Shown here: positions 18,586 through 27,393 of the stretch, one piece after another
Layout: each line of letters opens with the position of its first letter
Numbering within the stretch: position 1 is the first letter of the stretch
Assembly: GCA_020853815.1 (NCBI GenBank)
Contig: JADYYE010000107.1
Coordinates: 11,500-75,499, forward strand
DNA from: Phycisphaerales bacterium
Lineage (GTDB): Bacteria > Planctomycetota > Phycisphaerae > Phycisphaerales > UBA1924
Direction of reading: 5' to 3'
Length of the DNA stretch: 64,000 nt
Notes under the pieces: generated by a model
What the model was told of the DNA's origin: nothing
Database searches by the model: none
The model's input: the letters and a program-made list of their open reading frames with translations, nothing else
Translations under genes and position numbers: made by a program

Positions 18586-20289
18586 ATGCTCGCCGGCCAG
18601 CTCCCCCCTCGTCCGCACCCCCGCCGCCCGCCGCACCTTTACCTCGCCGGCCTGACGTTCAAGCGCGCCGACTCCGCCGACGAACTCCGCCAGGTCCACG
18701 AACTGAACTACCTCACCTTTGTCCGCGAGATCGGGCAGCACGAAGACCCCGGAGGCCCCGCGCTCGTCGACAAGTTCCACGATCGAAACCTCTACCTGAT
18801 CGCCAAGCGCGGCCCGGAGGTGGTGGCGATGCTGGCGGTGCACGATCGGCCGCCCTTCTCCGTCGAGTCGCGACTCGATGACCCCTCCTGGATCGACCGC
18901 CATTGCCCGCGCCCCCTGGAAGTCCGCCTGCTGGCGGTGCGCCCCACGGAACGCAAGAGCGTCGTGCTCCCGGGGCTCCTCCTGCTGCTCTACCGGCACG
19001 CCGGCGACGCGGGATACTCGCACCTGCTCGCGTCGGGCGTGCGCCGGCAGCTCGGCATGTACCGCAAACTCGGCTTTGAAGCGATCGGCGCGGAGCGGGC
19101 AACCGGCCACGCGTTCTTCACGCCGCTCGCCATGGCGGTCGACAACCTCCCCGCGCCCATGCGCCGGATCGCGGCGCGCCTGGAGCGGCACGCGGAATCG
19201 AACGAGACGCCCACGCCGGCGGAACGCGTGATCTCGCTGCTCCCCGGGCCGCCGGAGTTTTCGCCCGAGGTCGAGCGGGCGCTGGCGGAGCGCGCCGTCT
19301 CGCACCGGACCTCGGCCTGCGTCGCGCGCTTCGAGCGCTGCCGCGACGTGCTGGGCGCGATGGCGGGCGGCGTGGACGCGGCGATGATGATGGGGAGCGG
19401 CACGCTCGCCAACGAGTGCGTGGCGGCGACGCTCGCGTCGCTCCGCCCGCGCCGCGCGGGGCTGGTGCTCGTCAATGGCGAGTTCGGCGCGCGGCTGGCC
19501 GAACAGGCGCGGCGCTGGGGGCTCGAGTTCAAGATGCTCGAATTCGCGTGGGGGCGTGCCTGGAACATGGACGAAGTGGACGCCGCGCTGAAAGGACTCG
19601 ATGCCGGCGCGTGGGTCTGGGGCGTTCATGGCGAGACCAGCACCGGCGTGCTGAACCCGATCGACGATCTCCTCGCGCGCGCACGCGGTCGCGGCCTGCG
19701 CGTGTGCCTCGACTGCGTCAGCACGCTGGGGAGCGTGCCGCTCGATCTCGACGGTGTGTTCCTGGCGACCAGCGCCAGCGGCAAGTGCCTGGGCTCGCTG
19801 GCCGGGCTGGCGATCCTGCTCGGGAGCGCCGGCGCGCTCCGCGGGCTGCCGACGAACACCGTGCCGCTCGCGCTCGACGCCCGGGCCGCCTTCGACACGC
19901 GCGGCCCGCGCTTCACGATCGCGTCGACGCTGATCAACACGCTCGACGCGGCGCTGGAGCGATTCGCCTCGCGAGAAAAGCGCGAGGCCGAGTACGCGCG
20001 CCTGCGCCGCCTCGGCGCGATGGTGCGCGCCGGGCTGCGTCGCGCGGACGCCCGGCCGATCGCGCCCGACGCGTGCGCCAGCCCGACGGTGACGACCTTC
20101 GAGCCGCCGCCGGGAGAGTCCCCCGAGCGATTCGCGCTGGTGTGTCGGGCGGCGGGGTTCGAGATCAACGTGCAGAGCCCATACCTGCCGCCACGCGGCT
20201 GGGCCCAGATCGCGACGATGGGAAACGTGCAGGAACACGACGTGGAGCGCGTCTTCAAGGCGCTCCATCAATGGCATGGCGCGCGATAA
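18586..20289 (+). CDS. GNAT N-acetyltransferase fused to class V (PhnW/AGXT-like) PLP aminotransferase
   Basis: The N-terminal ~190 aa are GNAT-like (LLAVRPTERKSVVLPGLLLLLY..GMYRKLGFE). The rest is class V aminotransferase with a PLP-lysine context TSASGKCLGS, resembling SSANKC of PhnW. ATG at 18586. Confidence 0.8.
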   Translation: MLAGQLPPRPHPRRPPHLYLAGLTFKRADSADELRQVHELNYLTFVREIGQHEDPGGPALVDKFHDRNLYLIAKRGPEVVAMLAVHDRPPFSVESRLDDPSWIDRHCPRPLEVRLLAVRPTERKSVVLPGLLLLLYRHAGDAGYSHLLASGVRRQLGMYRKLGFEAIGAERATGHAFFTPLAMAVDNLPAPMRRIAARLERHAESNETPTPAERVISLLPGPPEFSPEVERALAERAVSHRTSACVARFERCRDVLGAMAGGVDAAMMMGSGTLANECVAATLASLRPRRAGLVLVNGEFGARLAEQARRWGLEFKMLEFAWGRAWNMDEVDAALKGLDAGAWVWGVHGETSTGVLNPIDDLLARARGRGLRVCLDCVSTLGSVPLDLDGVFLATSASGKCLGSLAGLAILLGSAGALRGLPTNTVPLALDARAAFDTRGPRFTIASTLINTLDAALERFASREKREAEYARLRRLGAMVRAGLRRADARPIAPDACASPTVTTFEPPPGESPERFALVCRAAGFEINVQSPYLPPRGWAQIATMGNVQEHDVERVFKALHQWHGAR

Positions 20290-20325
20290 GACACGCGGCC
20301 GCCCGATCAGATTGATGCGGATCGC

Positions 20326-20643
20326 TCAGGCGACTTCGCGCAGGCGACGATCGAGGCCCACGCGGTAGCCATTGCCCATGGGCAGGCAGCGAACCACCAT
20401 GCCCGACGCGCTCGGGAACCGCGAGCCCTCGGAATACACCGCGACCACCGTGCCGTTCGCCAGCGGCGTGTCGCTGCGCAGGCCCACGCCCGTCGTCGAG
20501 ATGTCCTGCAGGCGCACGCGCGCCAGCGTGGAATCGCCGTCGGGCGTCGTGATGGTGGCCATGACCGTGCCGGCCGCGATCCGCCGACGCGCGCGCCGCC
20601 GGTCAAAGGGGAGCGTCTCTCGAATCTCGGGCTCGTGAGACAT
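20326..20643 (-). CDS. PilZ domain protein
   Basis: RRRARRR (RxxxR) and DISTTG (DxSxxG). ATG at 20643. Confidence 0.7.
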   Translation of the reverse strand: MSHEPEIRETLPFDRRRARRRIAAGTVMATITTPDGDSTLARVRLQDISTTGVGLRSDTPLANGTVVAVYSEGSRFPSASGMVVRCLPMGNGYRVGLDRRLREVA

Positions 20644-20969
20644 GGTCGGGCCTCGCGTAAACCGGGAAGGCGGTCGGGGCGTCCTTGCCCCACCTGACTT
20701 CCCATTGGGATTCCCACCGGGCTTCCCCACTGGGCTTCCCCGTGAGGGCTATCGGCGCTCACATGCCCCGACTTGACCGGGAGTTTCGCGGTTCGCGCCC
20801 CCACCGCGCCGACCCGAGCAGCGAATAACGAGAGCGGACGTGGAATCGTGACGGCGAGCGGAGTGGCGCCGAATTCTGGACGAGCGCGCGGCGGCCATGG
20901 GCCACGAGCTCACATGAAATACCTTCACATGGCACATGAGCAACCGCGTGGAGAGGCCTTGGCGGCCAC

Positions 20970-22361
20970 TCATGACTTCCTCGGCGTCAGCCGGCGCGCC
21001 ACGATGAACGCCAGCTCCAGCGCCTGCTGATAGTTCAGACGCGGGTCGCACAGCGTCGCGTAGTTGCGCGTGAGGTGATGCTCGGTGATGCCCGCGGCGC
21101 CTCCCACGCACTCGGTCACGTCGTCGCCCGTCAGCTCAAAGTGAACGCCGCCCAGGTGCGTGCCGCACGACTGATGAGCGTCAAAGGTCTCTTCGAGCTC
21201 GCTGGCGATCGCGTCGAACGAGCGGGTCTTGATGCCCGAGGCGGTCTTGATCCCGTTGCCGTGCATCGGGTCGCACACCCACAGCACGCGGACCTCGGCC
21301 TTGCGCGCCGCGTCGATGAGCGCCGGGAGCACCTGCTTGGCCCTTCCCTGGCCCAGGCGCGTGATGAGGATGATCTTCCCCGGCTCGTTGCGCGGGTTGA
21401 GCGCGCCGCACAGCGCCAGCACGTCCGACGGCGCCGCGCCCGGCCCGAGCTTGATGCCGATGGGGTTCTGAATCCCCCGGAAATACTCCATGTGCGCCCC
21501 GCCCAGCTCGCGCGTCCGCTCGCCGATCCAGGGCAGGTGGGTGGTGAGGTCGTAGTACCCCTCGCGCCGCGGCACGCGCCGCGTCTGGGCCTCTTCGTAG
21601 TACAGGTTCAGCCCCTCGTGGCTGGTGAAAAACTCCACGCGGTTCATCTCGCCCACCGCGCGCTCGCCCAGCGCTTCCATGAAACGCAGGCCGTCCGCCA
21701 GCGTCGCGGTCATCTGCTCGTACTCCGCGCGTCGCGCGGGCGGAAGCCCGGCGGCCCCGAAGAACGAAAGATCCCAATACTCGGGGTGGTGCAGGTCCGC
21801 GAAGCCGCCCTCCACCAGCGAGCGGATGAAGTTCAGCGTCATCGACGAGTGCTTGTACGCGCGGACAAGCAGGTACGGATCGGGCCGCCGGCTCTTGGCG
21901 TCAAACGGCGCGCGGTTGACCAGGTCGCCGAAATAGCTGGGGTGCGTCACCGGCTGCCCGTCGATCGTTCGCGTCTCGCTCATGCTCGAGCGCGGCTTGG
22001 CGTACTGGCCCGCGAAGCGCCCCACGCGGATCACGGGCTTCTTTCCGCCGTGAACCATGACGAGCGACATCTGCAGAAGGATCTTGAGCTTGTTGGTGAT
22101 GATGTCGGCCCGGCAATCGTCGAGGGTTTCGGCGCAGTCGCCGCCCTGGAGCAGGAAGCGCTGGCCGTTCTGGGCGTCGGCGATCAGCGACTTGAGCCGC
22201 TCGATCTCCCACGACGTGACGAGCGGGGGAAGCGAGCGGAGCAGCTCGACGCTGGCGTCGAGCTCCGCCCGATCGGGATAGTCGATCATCTGCGAATGCG
22301 GGAAACGACGCCACGATTCGGGCGACCAGGGTCCGGGCGTGGCGGTTCGATCGGCGGTCAT
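20970..22361 (-). CDS. class II 3-deoxy-7-phosphoheptulonate (DAHP) synthase
   Basis: 463 aa. WSPESWR, LPPLVTSWEIERLK, LLQGGDCAE and IGERTR blocks are characteristic of plant/actinobacterial-type class II DAHPS. Confidence 0.9.
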   Translation of the reverse strand: MTADRTATPGPWSPESWRRFPHSQMIDYPDRAELDASVELLRSLPPLVTSWEIERLKSLIADAQNGQRFLLQGGDCAETLDDCRADIITNKLKILLQMSLVMVHGGKKPVIRVGRFAGQYAKPRSSMSETRTIDGQPVTHPSYFGDLVNRAPFDAKSRRPDPYLLVRAYKHSSMTLNFIRSLVEGGFADLHHPEYWDLSFFGAAGLPPARRAEYEQMTATLADGLRFMEALGERAVGEMNRVEFFTSHEGLNLYYEEAQTRRVPRREGYYDLTTHLPWIGERTRELGGAHMEYFRGIQNPIGIKLGPGAAPSDVLALCGALNPRNEPGKIILITRLGQGRAKQVLPALIDAARKAEVRVLWVCDPMHGNGIKTASGIKTRSFDAIASELEETFDAHQSCGTHLGGVHFELTGDDVTECVGGAAGITEHHLTRNYATLCDPRLNYQQALELAFIVARRLTPRKS

Positions 22362-22554
22362 CGGCGGCTCCAGTGCGGTCTCGCTCCGAAAAGGAGCGCG
22401 AAACCGCGTCCTCCTCTATCGGATTCTTGCGAGGTTGGCTCATGCGGGCTTGGCCCCATGACGATTTGCAAATCGGCCGATGTAACCACGCAGGGGCGTG
22501 GTCGGCCCAGTCAAGGGCGAGCGCCTCCGCCGCCCCGTGAACGGAGTCACCAGA

Positions 22555-22878
22555 ATGGCTTTCAGCAAACGCCGCACGACCAAGAACACCAAACGCACCA
22601 CGGCCCGCAAGAACGCTCGCAAGACCACCAAGTCCACCGCCCGCAAGTCCGCTACCCGCAAGAACTGGCGCGCGACGGCTCGCAAGACGGCTCGCAAGAC
22701 CACCAAGTCGACCACCGCCAAGGCGTGGACGCCCGCCAAGAACAAGACCTGGAAGCGCACCAGCGCGAAGAAGGCCAGCCGCTCCAACTCGACCAAGAAC
22801 AGCCGCACCACCGCGAAGAAGAGCTTCTTCAGCTTCTCGCGCACGACGGCCAAGAAGTCCTTCCGCCGCGCCGCCTGA
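22555..22878 (+). CDS. highly basic Lys/Arg/Thr-rich histone-H1-like nucleoid protein
   Basis: 107 aa of repeated ARKT/TKST/AKK units with consistent codon usage, followed by a hairpin terminator. Confidence 0.6.
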   Translation: MAFSKRRTTKNTKRTTARKNARKTTKSTARKSATRKNWRATARKTARKTTKSTTAKAWTPAKNKTWKRTSAKKASRSNSTKNSRTTAKKSFFSFSRTTAKKSFRRAA

Positions 22879-22925
22879 ACGACAGGCCAAGCCACCTCGT
22901 CGCGCGATCAGCCGCGCGAAGAGCC

Positions 22926-22950
22926 GAAAGCCCGGTCCGCCCGGGCTTTC
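22926..22950. terminator. bidirectional hairpin between convergent genes
   Basis: GAAAGCCCGG-tccgc-CCGGGCTTTC is a perfect 10-bp stem. It lies 1 nt beyond the stop of the minus-strand GT4 gene and 48 nt after the plus-strand gene. Confidence 0.6.
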
Positions 22951-22951
22951 T

Positions 22952-24262
22952 TCATGCGCACGCGGAGTCGGCGTGAACCTCCGGGCTCGCCTCCCGCGCC
23001 GCGGGCGTCGTGCCGGTGTCCACGGGCGCACCGGGCACGTCGGCCTTCCGCCCGCCGAACCGATGCTTGCGCCACGCGTCCTCGTGTACACGCCAGAAGT
23101 GCTCGAAGGATCGCTCGATCGACATCGCCCGCATCGACTCAAACGCCGCCTCGCCCATCGCGCGCCGTCGCTCGGAGTCGGTGACGAGCGACGCGATCTG
23201 ATCCACCCACAGGTCGGGCCGGTCGGCGGGCAACACAAAGCCCGTCCGCCCGGCGTCGACCACTTCCTTCGGCCCGCCGACATCGCTCACCAGCACCGGC
23301 AGCCCCGACGCCTGCGACTCCATCACCACCTGGCCCAGCGTGTCCGTCACCGAGGGGAACACGAAAAGATCGCTCGACGCGTACAGCGCCGACAGCTCCG
23401 CGCCGTGCCGGAAACCGAGGAACACCGCGCCGCTTCCCTCCAGCTCGCGCTCCATCGTCTCGCGAAAGGGCCCGTCGCCCACGATCACAAGCTGCGCCCG
23501 CGCGCCCGCGGCACGGAGCCTCGCCGCCGCCCGCTTCCACACCGTGTTCAGCAAGGGCAGGTTCTTCTCGATACTGACGCGCCCCACATACAACACGCGC
23601 ACGACGCCGTCGCCCCGCGTTTCGTCGCCGGGCTTGCTGTTGCCGGTCGTGTCGCCGCCCGCCGTCGCGGGGTATCGCGACCAGATCGATGGATCGCGGA
23701 ATCGCCGATCGAAGACACTCGTGTCCACGCCCGGCGCCAGGGCCGTCATGCGCTCGCGGGGCAAGCCCAGCGACACCAGGCGGTCCGCGTAGTCCGCGGA
23801 GCGCGTGAAGACCGCCTTGAACGGACGGTAGAACCACGTCATGTACTGGCGCGTCGTCCACGTCATCGCGTGGTCGTCAAAGAGCTGGTCGATGTACGCC
23901 GGGAAGTCCGTGTGATACACGCCCAGCACCGGCACGCGCAGCATCCTGGCCGCGATGTACCCGATCAGGCCCATCGGCCCGGGCGTCGAGATGTGGATCA
24001 CGTCGGGCTGGTGCCTGTCCAGGTGACGCAGGATCTTCGTCAAGGGCGGCAGCACCAACTCGAGATTCTCATACTTCGGGATCGCGCCCGCGACCAGCGG
24101 CGCAAAGTTGTAGATGTTCGATCGCGTCGGCACCGGCAGACGCGTCGAGGTGATGACCTCAAGATCGCGTCCCGTCCGCTCGGCCATCTCGGCGACGTTC
24201 TGGATGAAGCGGCACACGCCGTTCACGTCGCCCAGCGTGTCGGTGAAGAGAGTTACGCGCAT
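22952..24262 (-). CDS. GT4 family glycosyltransferase
   Basis: MRVTLFTDTLGDVNGVCRF and the C-terminal FPSVTDTLGQVVMESQASGLPV (E-x7-E region). ATG at 24262; upstream extension of the ORF rejected. Confidence 0.85.
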   Translation of the reverse strand: MRVTLFTDTLGDVNGVCRFIQNVAEMAERTGRDLEVITSTRLPVPTRSNIYNFAPLVAGAIPKYENLELVLPPLTKILRHLDRHQPDVIHISTPGPMGLIGYIAARMLRVPVLGVYHTDFPAYIDQLFDDHAMTWTTRQYMTWFYRPFKAVFTRSADYADRLVSLGLPRERMTALAPGVDTSVFDRRFRDPSIWSRYPATAGGDTTGNSKPGDETRGDGVVRVLYVGRVSIEKNLPLLNTVWKRAAARLRAAGARAQLVIVGDGPFRETMERELEGSGAVFLGFRHGAELSALYASSDLFVFPSVTDTLGQVVMESQASGLPVLVSDVGGPKEVVDAGRTGFVLPADRPDLWVDQIASLVTDSERRRAMGEAAFESMRAMSIERSFEHFWRVHEDAWRKHRFGGRKADVPGAPVDTGTTPAAREASPEVHADSACA

Positions 24263-24483
24263 CACGCCGCCCCATGGTTCGCCTCGCTCAAGCGTACGGC
24301 CCGCGCTCGCTCCAAACACGACGCGATCCGGCAATCCCTCCATGACGCGACCCACGAGACGCGCCCCGAGTGGCGCAACCACCCACCGCCGCGAACCCCC
24401 GCCCGCAACGGCGTACCTTTTTCCGGGAACCCACACGCACCCGCGCGCCTCCAAGGTGCGACGACCTTTCACAGGAGACCCAC

Positions 24484-25014
24484 ATGGCCCGCATCACCCC
24501 CGTCGACCCCGCCACCGCCACCGGCCGCGCCAAGGAGATCTTCGAAGGCCCCCTCAAGGGCAAGCACTTCAACATCTTCCGCTCCATGGCCGCCGGACCC
24601 GCCGCCCTCGATGTCTACCTCGGCATGTCCGGCGCCCTCGCCCGCGGCGAACTCTCCGCCAAGGAGCGCGAAGTCATCCAGCTCGCCGTCGGACAGGCCA
24701 CCAACTGCGACTATTGCATCGCCGCCCACACCGCCATCGGCAAGGGCGCCGGGCTCACCGAGGCCCAGACCATCGAGGCCCGCCGCGGCACGCTCAGCGA
24801 CCCCAAGCTCGACGCCCTGGCCAAGTTCGCCCTCAAAATCCACGAGAAGCGCGGCTTCGTCAACGACGCCGACCTCGCCGCCTTCAAGAAGGCCGGATAC
24901 TCCGACGCCCACGTCGCCGAAGCGATCGCCAACTACGCGCTGGCCCTCTACACCAACTACTTCAACCACGTCAACGACACCACGTCCGACTTCCCCGCCC
25001 CGCCCGCGATCTGA
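24484..25014 (+). CDS. carboxymuconolactone decarboxylase / AhpD-like family protein
   Basis: ReviQLAVGQATNCDYCIAAHT contains the AhpD-type CxxC motif. Typical ~175-aa size. Confidence 0.85.
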   Translation: MARITPVDPATATGRAKEIFEGPLKGKHFNIFRSMAAGPAALDVYLGMSGALARGELSAKEREVIQLAVGQATNCDYCIAAHTAIGKGAGLTEAQTIEARRGTLSDPKLDALAKFALKIHEKRGFVNDADLAAFKKAGYSDAHVAEAIANYALALYTNYFNHVNDTTSDFPAPPAI

Positions 25015-25053
25015 AACAAGCGGCGACCGCGGCGCAGGGTCGAATGAACGTAG

Positions 25054-25151
25054 GGAACTTCTGAGTATTTGGTGGCCCGCTTCTCCGAAGCGGGTTTTCT
25101 GGACCAAGGGAGGCGATGTTCGCTCCGCGGTTTGAATTGATCAGAGGTTCC
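25054..25151 (+). mobile_element. 98-bp MITE/REP-like element, copy 1
   Basis: Termini GGAACTTCTGA ... TCAGAGGTTCC (inverted, 1 mismatch). Internal hairpin CCCGCTTC-tcc-GAAGCGGG followed by TTTT (25076-25098) can serve as terminator of the AhpD-like gene. Collinear with 44110..44207. Confidence 0.6.
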
Positions 25152-25214
25152 GTGGTACTGTGATCGAACGATACGGCGTTTCCGAGAAAAGACTGCAATC
25201 CCACGGCACCCAGG

Positions 25215-25242
25215 TTGACAAGCAGGGAGGGGGGGGTATTCT
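25215..25242 (+). promoter_or_regulatory. candidate sigma70-type promoter with G8 tract in the spacer
   Basis: TTGACA (25215-25220), then a 16-nt spacer ending in GGGGGGGG (25229-25236), then TATTCT (25237-25242). This lies about 50 nt upstream of the ATG at 25295. Confidence 0.4.
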
Positions 25243-25294
25243 GCGCACGATCGTTGGGCCGGACTCCTGACGTACATTATTCAAGGGGAGTGTG

Positions 25295-25573
25295 ATGAAG
25301 CGTTCCTCTCGGGTGCTGAGGCTTGGGTTGTGCTTCATTGCGGGTTTGGCGGGCAGGGCGTTTGCCGACGAATGGCCGTTTCCCTGGCCGCCGGACCCCA
25401 CCCCGGGGGGTGCGCTGTGCGGGCACAACGCGGGGTGCTACGAGCGATCAAGCTTCTACGACTGCCGTCGCTGTTGTGAGGCAAATTGCGACGACAGTAA
25501 CAATTGCAACAATGCCTGCTGGAACCACTTCTGCCGCTTTAGTTCCTCCGATCCGACCTGTCCGCAAGCGTAA
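25295..25573 (+). CDS. small secreted cysteine-rich protein (10 Cys), module copy 1
   Basis: GGGGAG SD lies 4 nt before the ATG. Signal peptide ends AFA|DE. The mature ~68 aa align with 29961..30233 and all 10 Cys are conserved. Confidence 0.7.
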   Translation: MKRSSRVLRLGLCFIAGLAGRAFADEWPFPWPPDPTPGGALCGHNAGCYERSSFYDCRRCCEANCDDSNNCNNACWNHFCRFSSSDPTCPQA

Positions 25574-25642
25574 GACTCCCGGTGGTTGTGGCCGCAACCG
25601 TTGCGGACCATGAAGTATCGCGGCGGGGGTACGGAGAAAAAC

Positions 25643-26257
25643 ATGCGGGGGCGTCGGCTCACGAGCGCGTTCGGTGCGTTGAGAGAGCGTCCGAGGCGGA
25701 CGATGGTTCTGTTCGGCGTCGTCCTGATCGGGGGTGGGTGGCTCGTCGGAAGCTGGTTGCTCGGGGAACGGCACCGGAAGGAGCGTGATGAGCGCATCCG
25801 CGCCGAGGCCGTTGAGTTCTCCAAGAAAACCGGTGCAGGTATGGACGCGTCGGTTGCGATCTGCACGATGGGCGTGGACCCCGACCAGCTCCAGAAGCTG
25901 CCGCTGGATGAGTTGAAGCGCTGGAGCATTTGGTACTCGGAGTTCGAGGGCAAGGATCGTCGCCGGGTGGCCGGATATTGCAACGCGCTGTTCCATCCCG
26001 CCTCGATCAGGAATTTCAGACAGGAACAGCTGGAGATCGCGCGGAACGCCACCAGGGAGATCATCGGAGAGTTCTGGAACGATCCCAAGATCATCGGGCA
26101 GGCCTATCTCATCGCGGTCGGCCTCGGGATGCGGGACGAGCCATACATTCAAGAAATGGCGCTCGATACGATTCAAGCCCCGGGGATGGCGCCCGAGTTG
26201 ATCAGCATGATCTCCCACTCCGTACTTCCCAAGAAGAAGAGCGAAAAGGAAAAATAG
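25643..26257 (+). CDS. single-pass membrane protein, module copy 1
   Basis: GGAG lies 6 nt before the ATG at 25643. TM helix MVLFGVVLIGGGWLVGSWLL. The block LEIARNATREIIGEFWNDPKIIGQAYLIAVGLGMRDEPYIQEMA is nearly identical in 30246..30842. Confidence 0.7.
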   Translation: MRGRRLTSAFGALRERPRRTMVLFGVVLIGGGWLVGSWLLGERHRKERDERIRAEAVEFSKKTGAGMDASVAICTMGVDPDQLQKLPLDELKRWSIWYSEFEGKDRRRVAGYCNALFHPASIRNFRQEQLEIARNATREIIGEFWNDPKIIGQAYLIAVGLGMRDEPYIQEMALDTIQAPGMAPELISMISHSVLPKKKSEKEK

Positions 26258-26259
26258 CC

Positions 26260-27393
26260 ATGCCGACGGGAAACCACTCGGCGCAACGTCACCACTCTCT
26301 CGCTCCGAGGGGGAGACCGCCGGGGCGCCGCGGGGGTTTCTCTCTAGTTGAGCTGCTGGTCGTGATCGGGATCGTTGCTGTATTGGTCGGGCGTACTCTC
26401 CCGGCGCTCGCGGCCGCGAAGGCGCGCGCCGCGCGGGCGGCGTGCTTGTCGAATCTCAGAGGACTCGGGCAGGCTGTTGCCCAGTACCGAAGCCGGCACC
26501 AGGATCGCTTCCCGGACGCGGACTTGCTCCCGGACATCCCGGCCGGAAAGCCCGGCGTGATCGAACCCCTCTCACCTTTCTTGGACTGCGCCCTTCCTCG
26601 CGTTGGCGCGGCGGGCGATGTCGAAACGGACGCCCCGTGGCGCTGTCGCTCCGACGCAGTCGTCGCGCGACGCTTCGGAATGAGCTACGAGTATGAACTC
26701 GCGACGCTGATCATGGCGTACAAACTTGGCGGCACGCAGAACCCGCACGCCAAAGTCGCGAACACGGCGGACACCGACGGCGGCCTGGTCCTCTTCTCGG
26801 ACGCAGGCGCCGCCGCGCGACTTGCCGCGGGTGATTCAGCCCCCTGGCACCGCGGCCCAAACGGAAAAGAGCGCAACTCGCTCTTCGCGGACGGCCGCGC
26901 GGATTGGGAGAAGAATTCGCCGACCCGCGCAACACGCCGCGGGCCGCCGCTTGCCCCGCGCCGACGACGGACGAACGGAGAGCCGATCCGCCTCCTCTTC
27001 GCCCTCAGTCCACGCTCGCCCTCGCCATCGGCCTCGACAACTCCAGCATCCGATCAACCGCCAAGAGCGCCTGCGCGCACCTTCTCCGGCACGCTGATCT
27101 GGTTCACAACCTTCGCCTTGCCGTCCTTCGACAACGCGCCCGCCATCGCTCATCGCGCCGACGAGCGGGAGGCATCGCGAACCCGCACACCTCGGGCGGG
27201 ACGGCGGATCAACATGCCAGCACTGGCGAAGAAAAGAGTCACGGCCCCCGGCGCGGGCACAACCCGCCAGACCACATGGTTCGTCAAATCGGAGACGTAC
27301 AAATGCCCGGCGTCGTCAAAGGTGAGGCCGCTGATCTGGCCGAACCCCGAACCGACCTGTTGTACCGCGCCGCCGGCGCGCGGCAGCGAGTAG
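26260..27393 (+). CDS. prepilin-type N-terminal cleavage/methylation protein (H-X9-DG-like), module copy 1, abnormally extended 3' end
   Basis: GFSLVELLVVIGIVAVLV leader/helix. Aligns with 30839..31501 up to ADGRADWEK (~26915). The frame then stays open for a further ~480 nt through the nadA fragment and the antisense of the next gene. Confidence 0.65.
   Translation: MPTGNHSAQRHHSLAPRGRPPGRRGGFSLVELLVVIGIVAVLVGRTLPALAAAKARAARAACLSNLRGLGQAVAQYRSRHQDRFPDADLLPDIPAGKPGVIEPLSPFLDCALPRVGAAGDVETDAPWRCRSDAVVARRFGMSYEYELATLIMAYKLGGTQNPHAKVANTADTDGGLVLFSDAGAAARLAAGDSAPWHRGPNGKERNSLFADGRADWEKNSPTRATRRGPPLAPRRRRTNGEPIRLLFALSPRSPSPSASTTPASDQPPRAPARTFSGTLIWFTTFALPSFDNAPAIAHRADEREASRTRTPRAGRRINMPALAKKRVTAPGAGTTRQTTWFVKSETYKCPASSKVRPLIWPNPEPTCCTAPPARGSE
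27004..27145 (-). pseudogene. duplicated, frameshifted fragment of the nadA 3' end
   Basis: By hand alignment it is about 90% identical to 28577-28720 (the last ~47 codons and stop of nadA). A 2-nt deletion breaks the frame. Confidence 0.8.

Noticed and set aside
17902-20277. 791-aa minus-strand ORF, and similar giants at 1314-3014(-), 8865-10610(-), 21075-22976(+), 22973-25135(+), 31705-34338(+), 33812-35812(-), 50927-52702(+), 52740-54539(+) and 59117-61204(-).
   Set aside because: Each lies antisense or out of frame to a gene with clear family motifs. Their translations are Arg/Gly/Pro/Ala-rich low-complexity sequence, typical of shadow ORFs in high-GC DNA.
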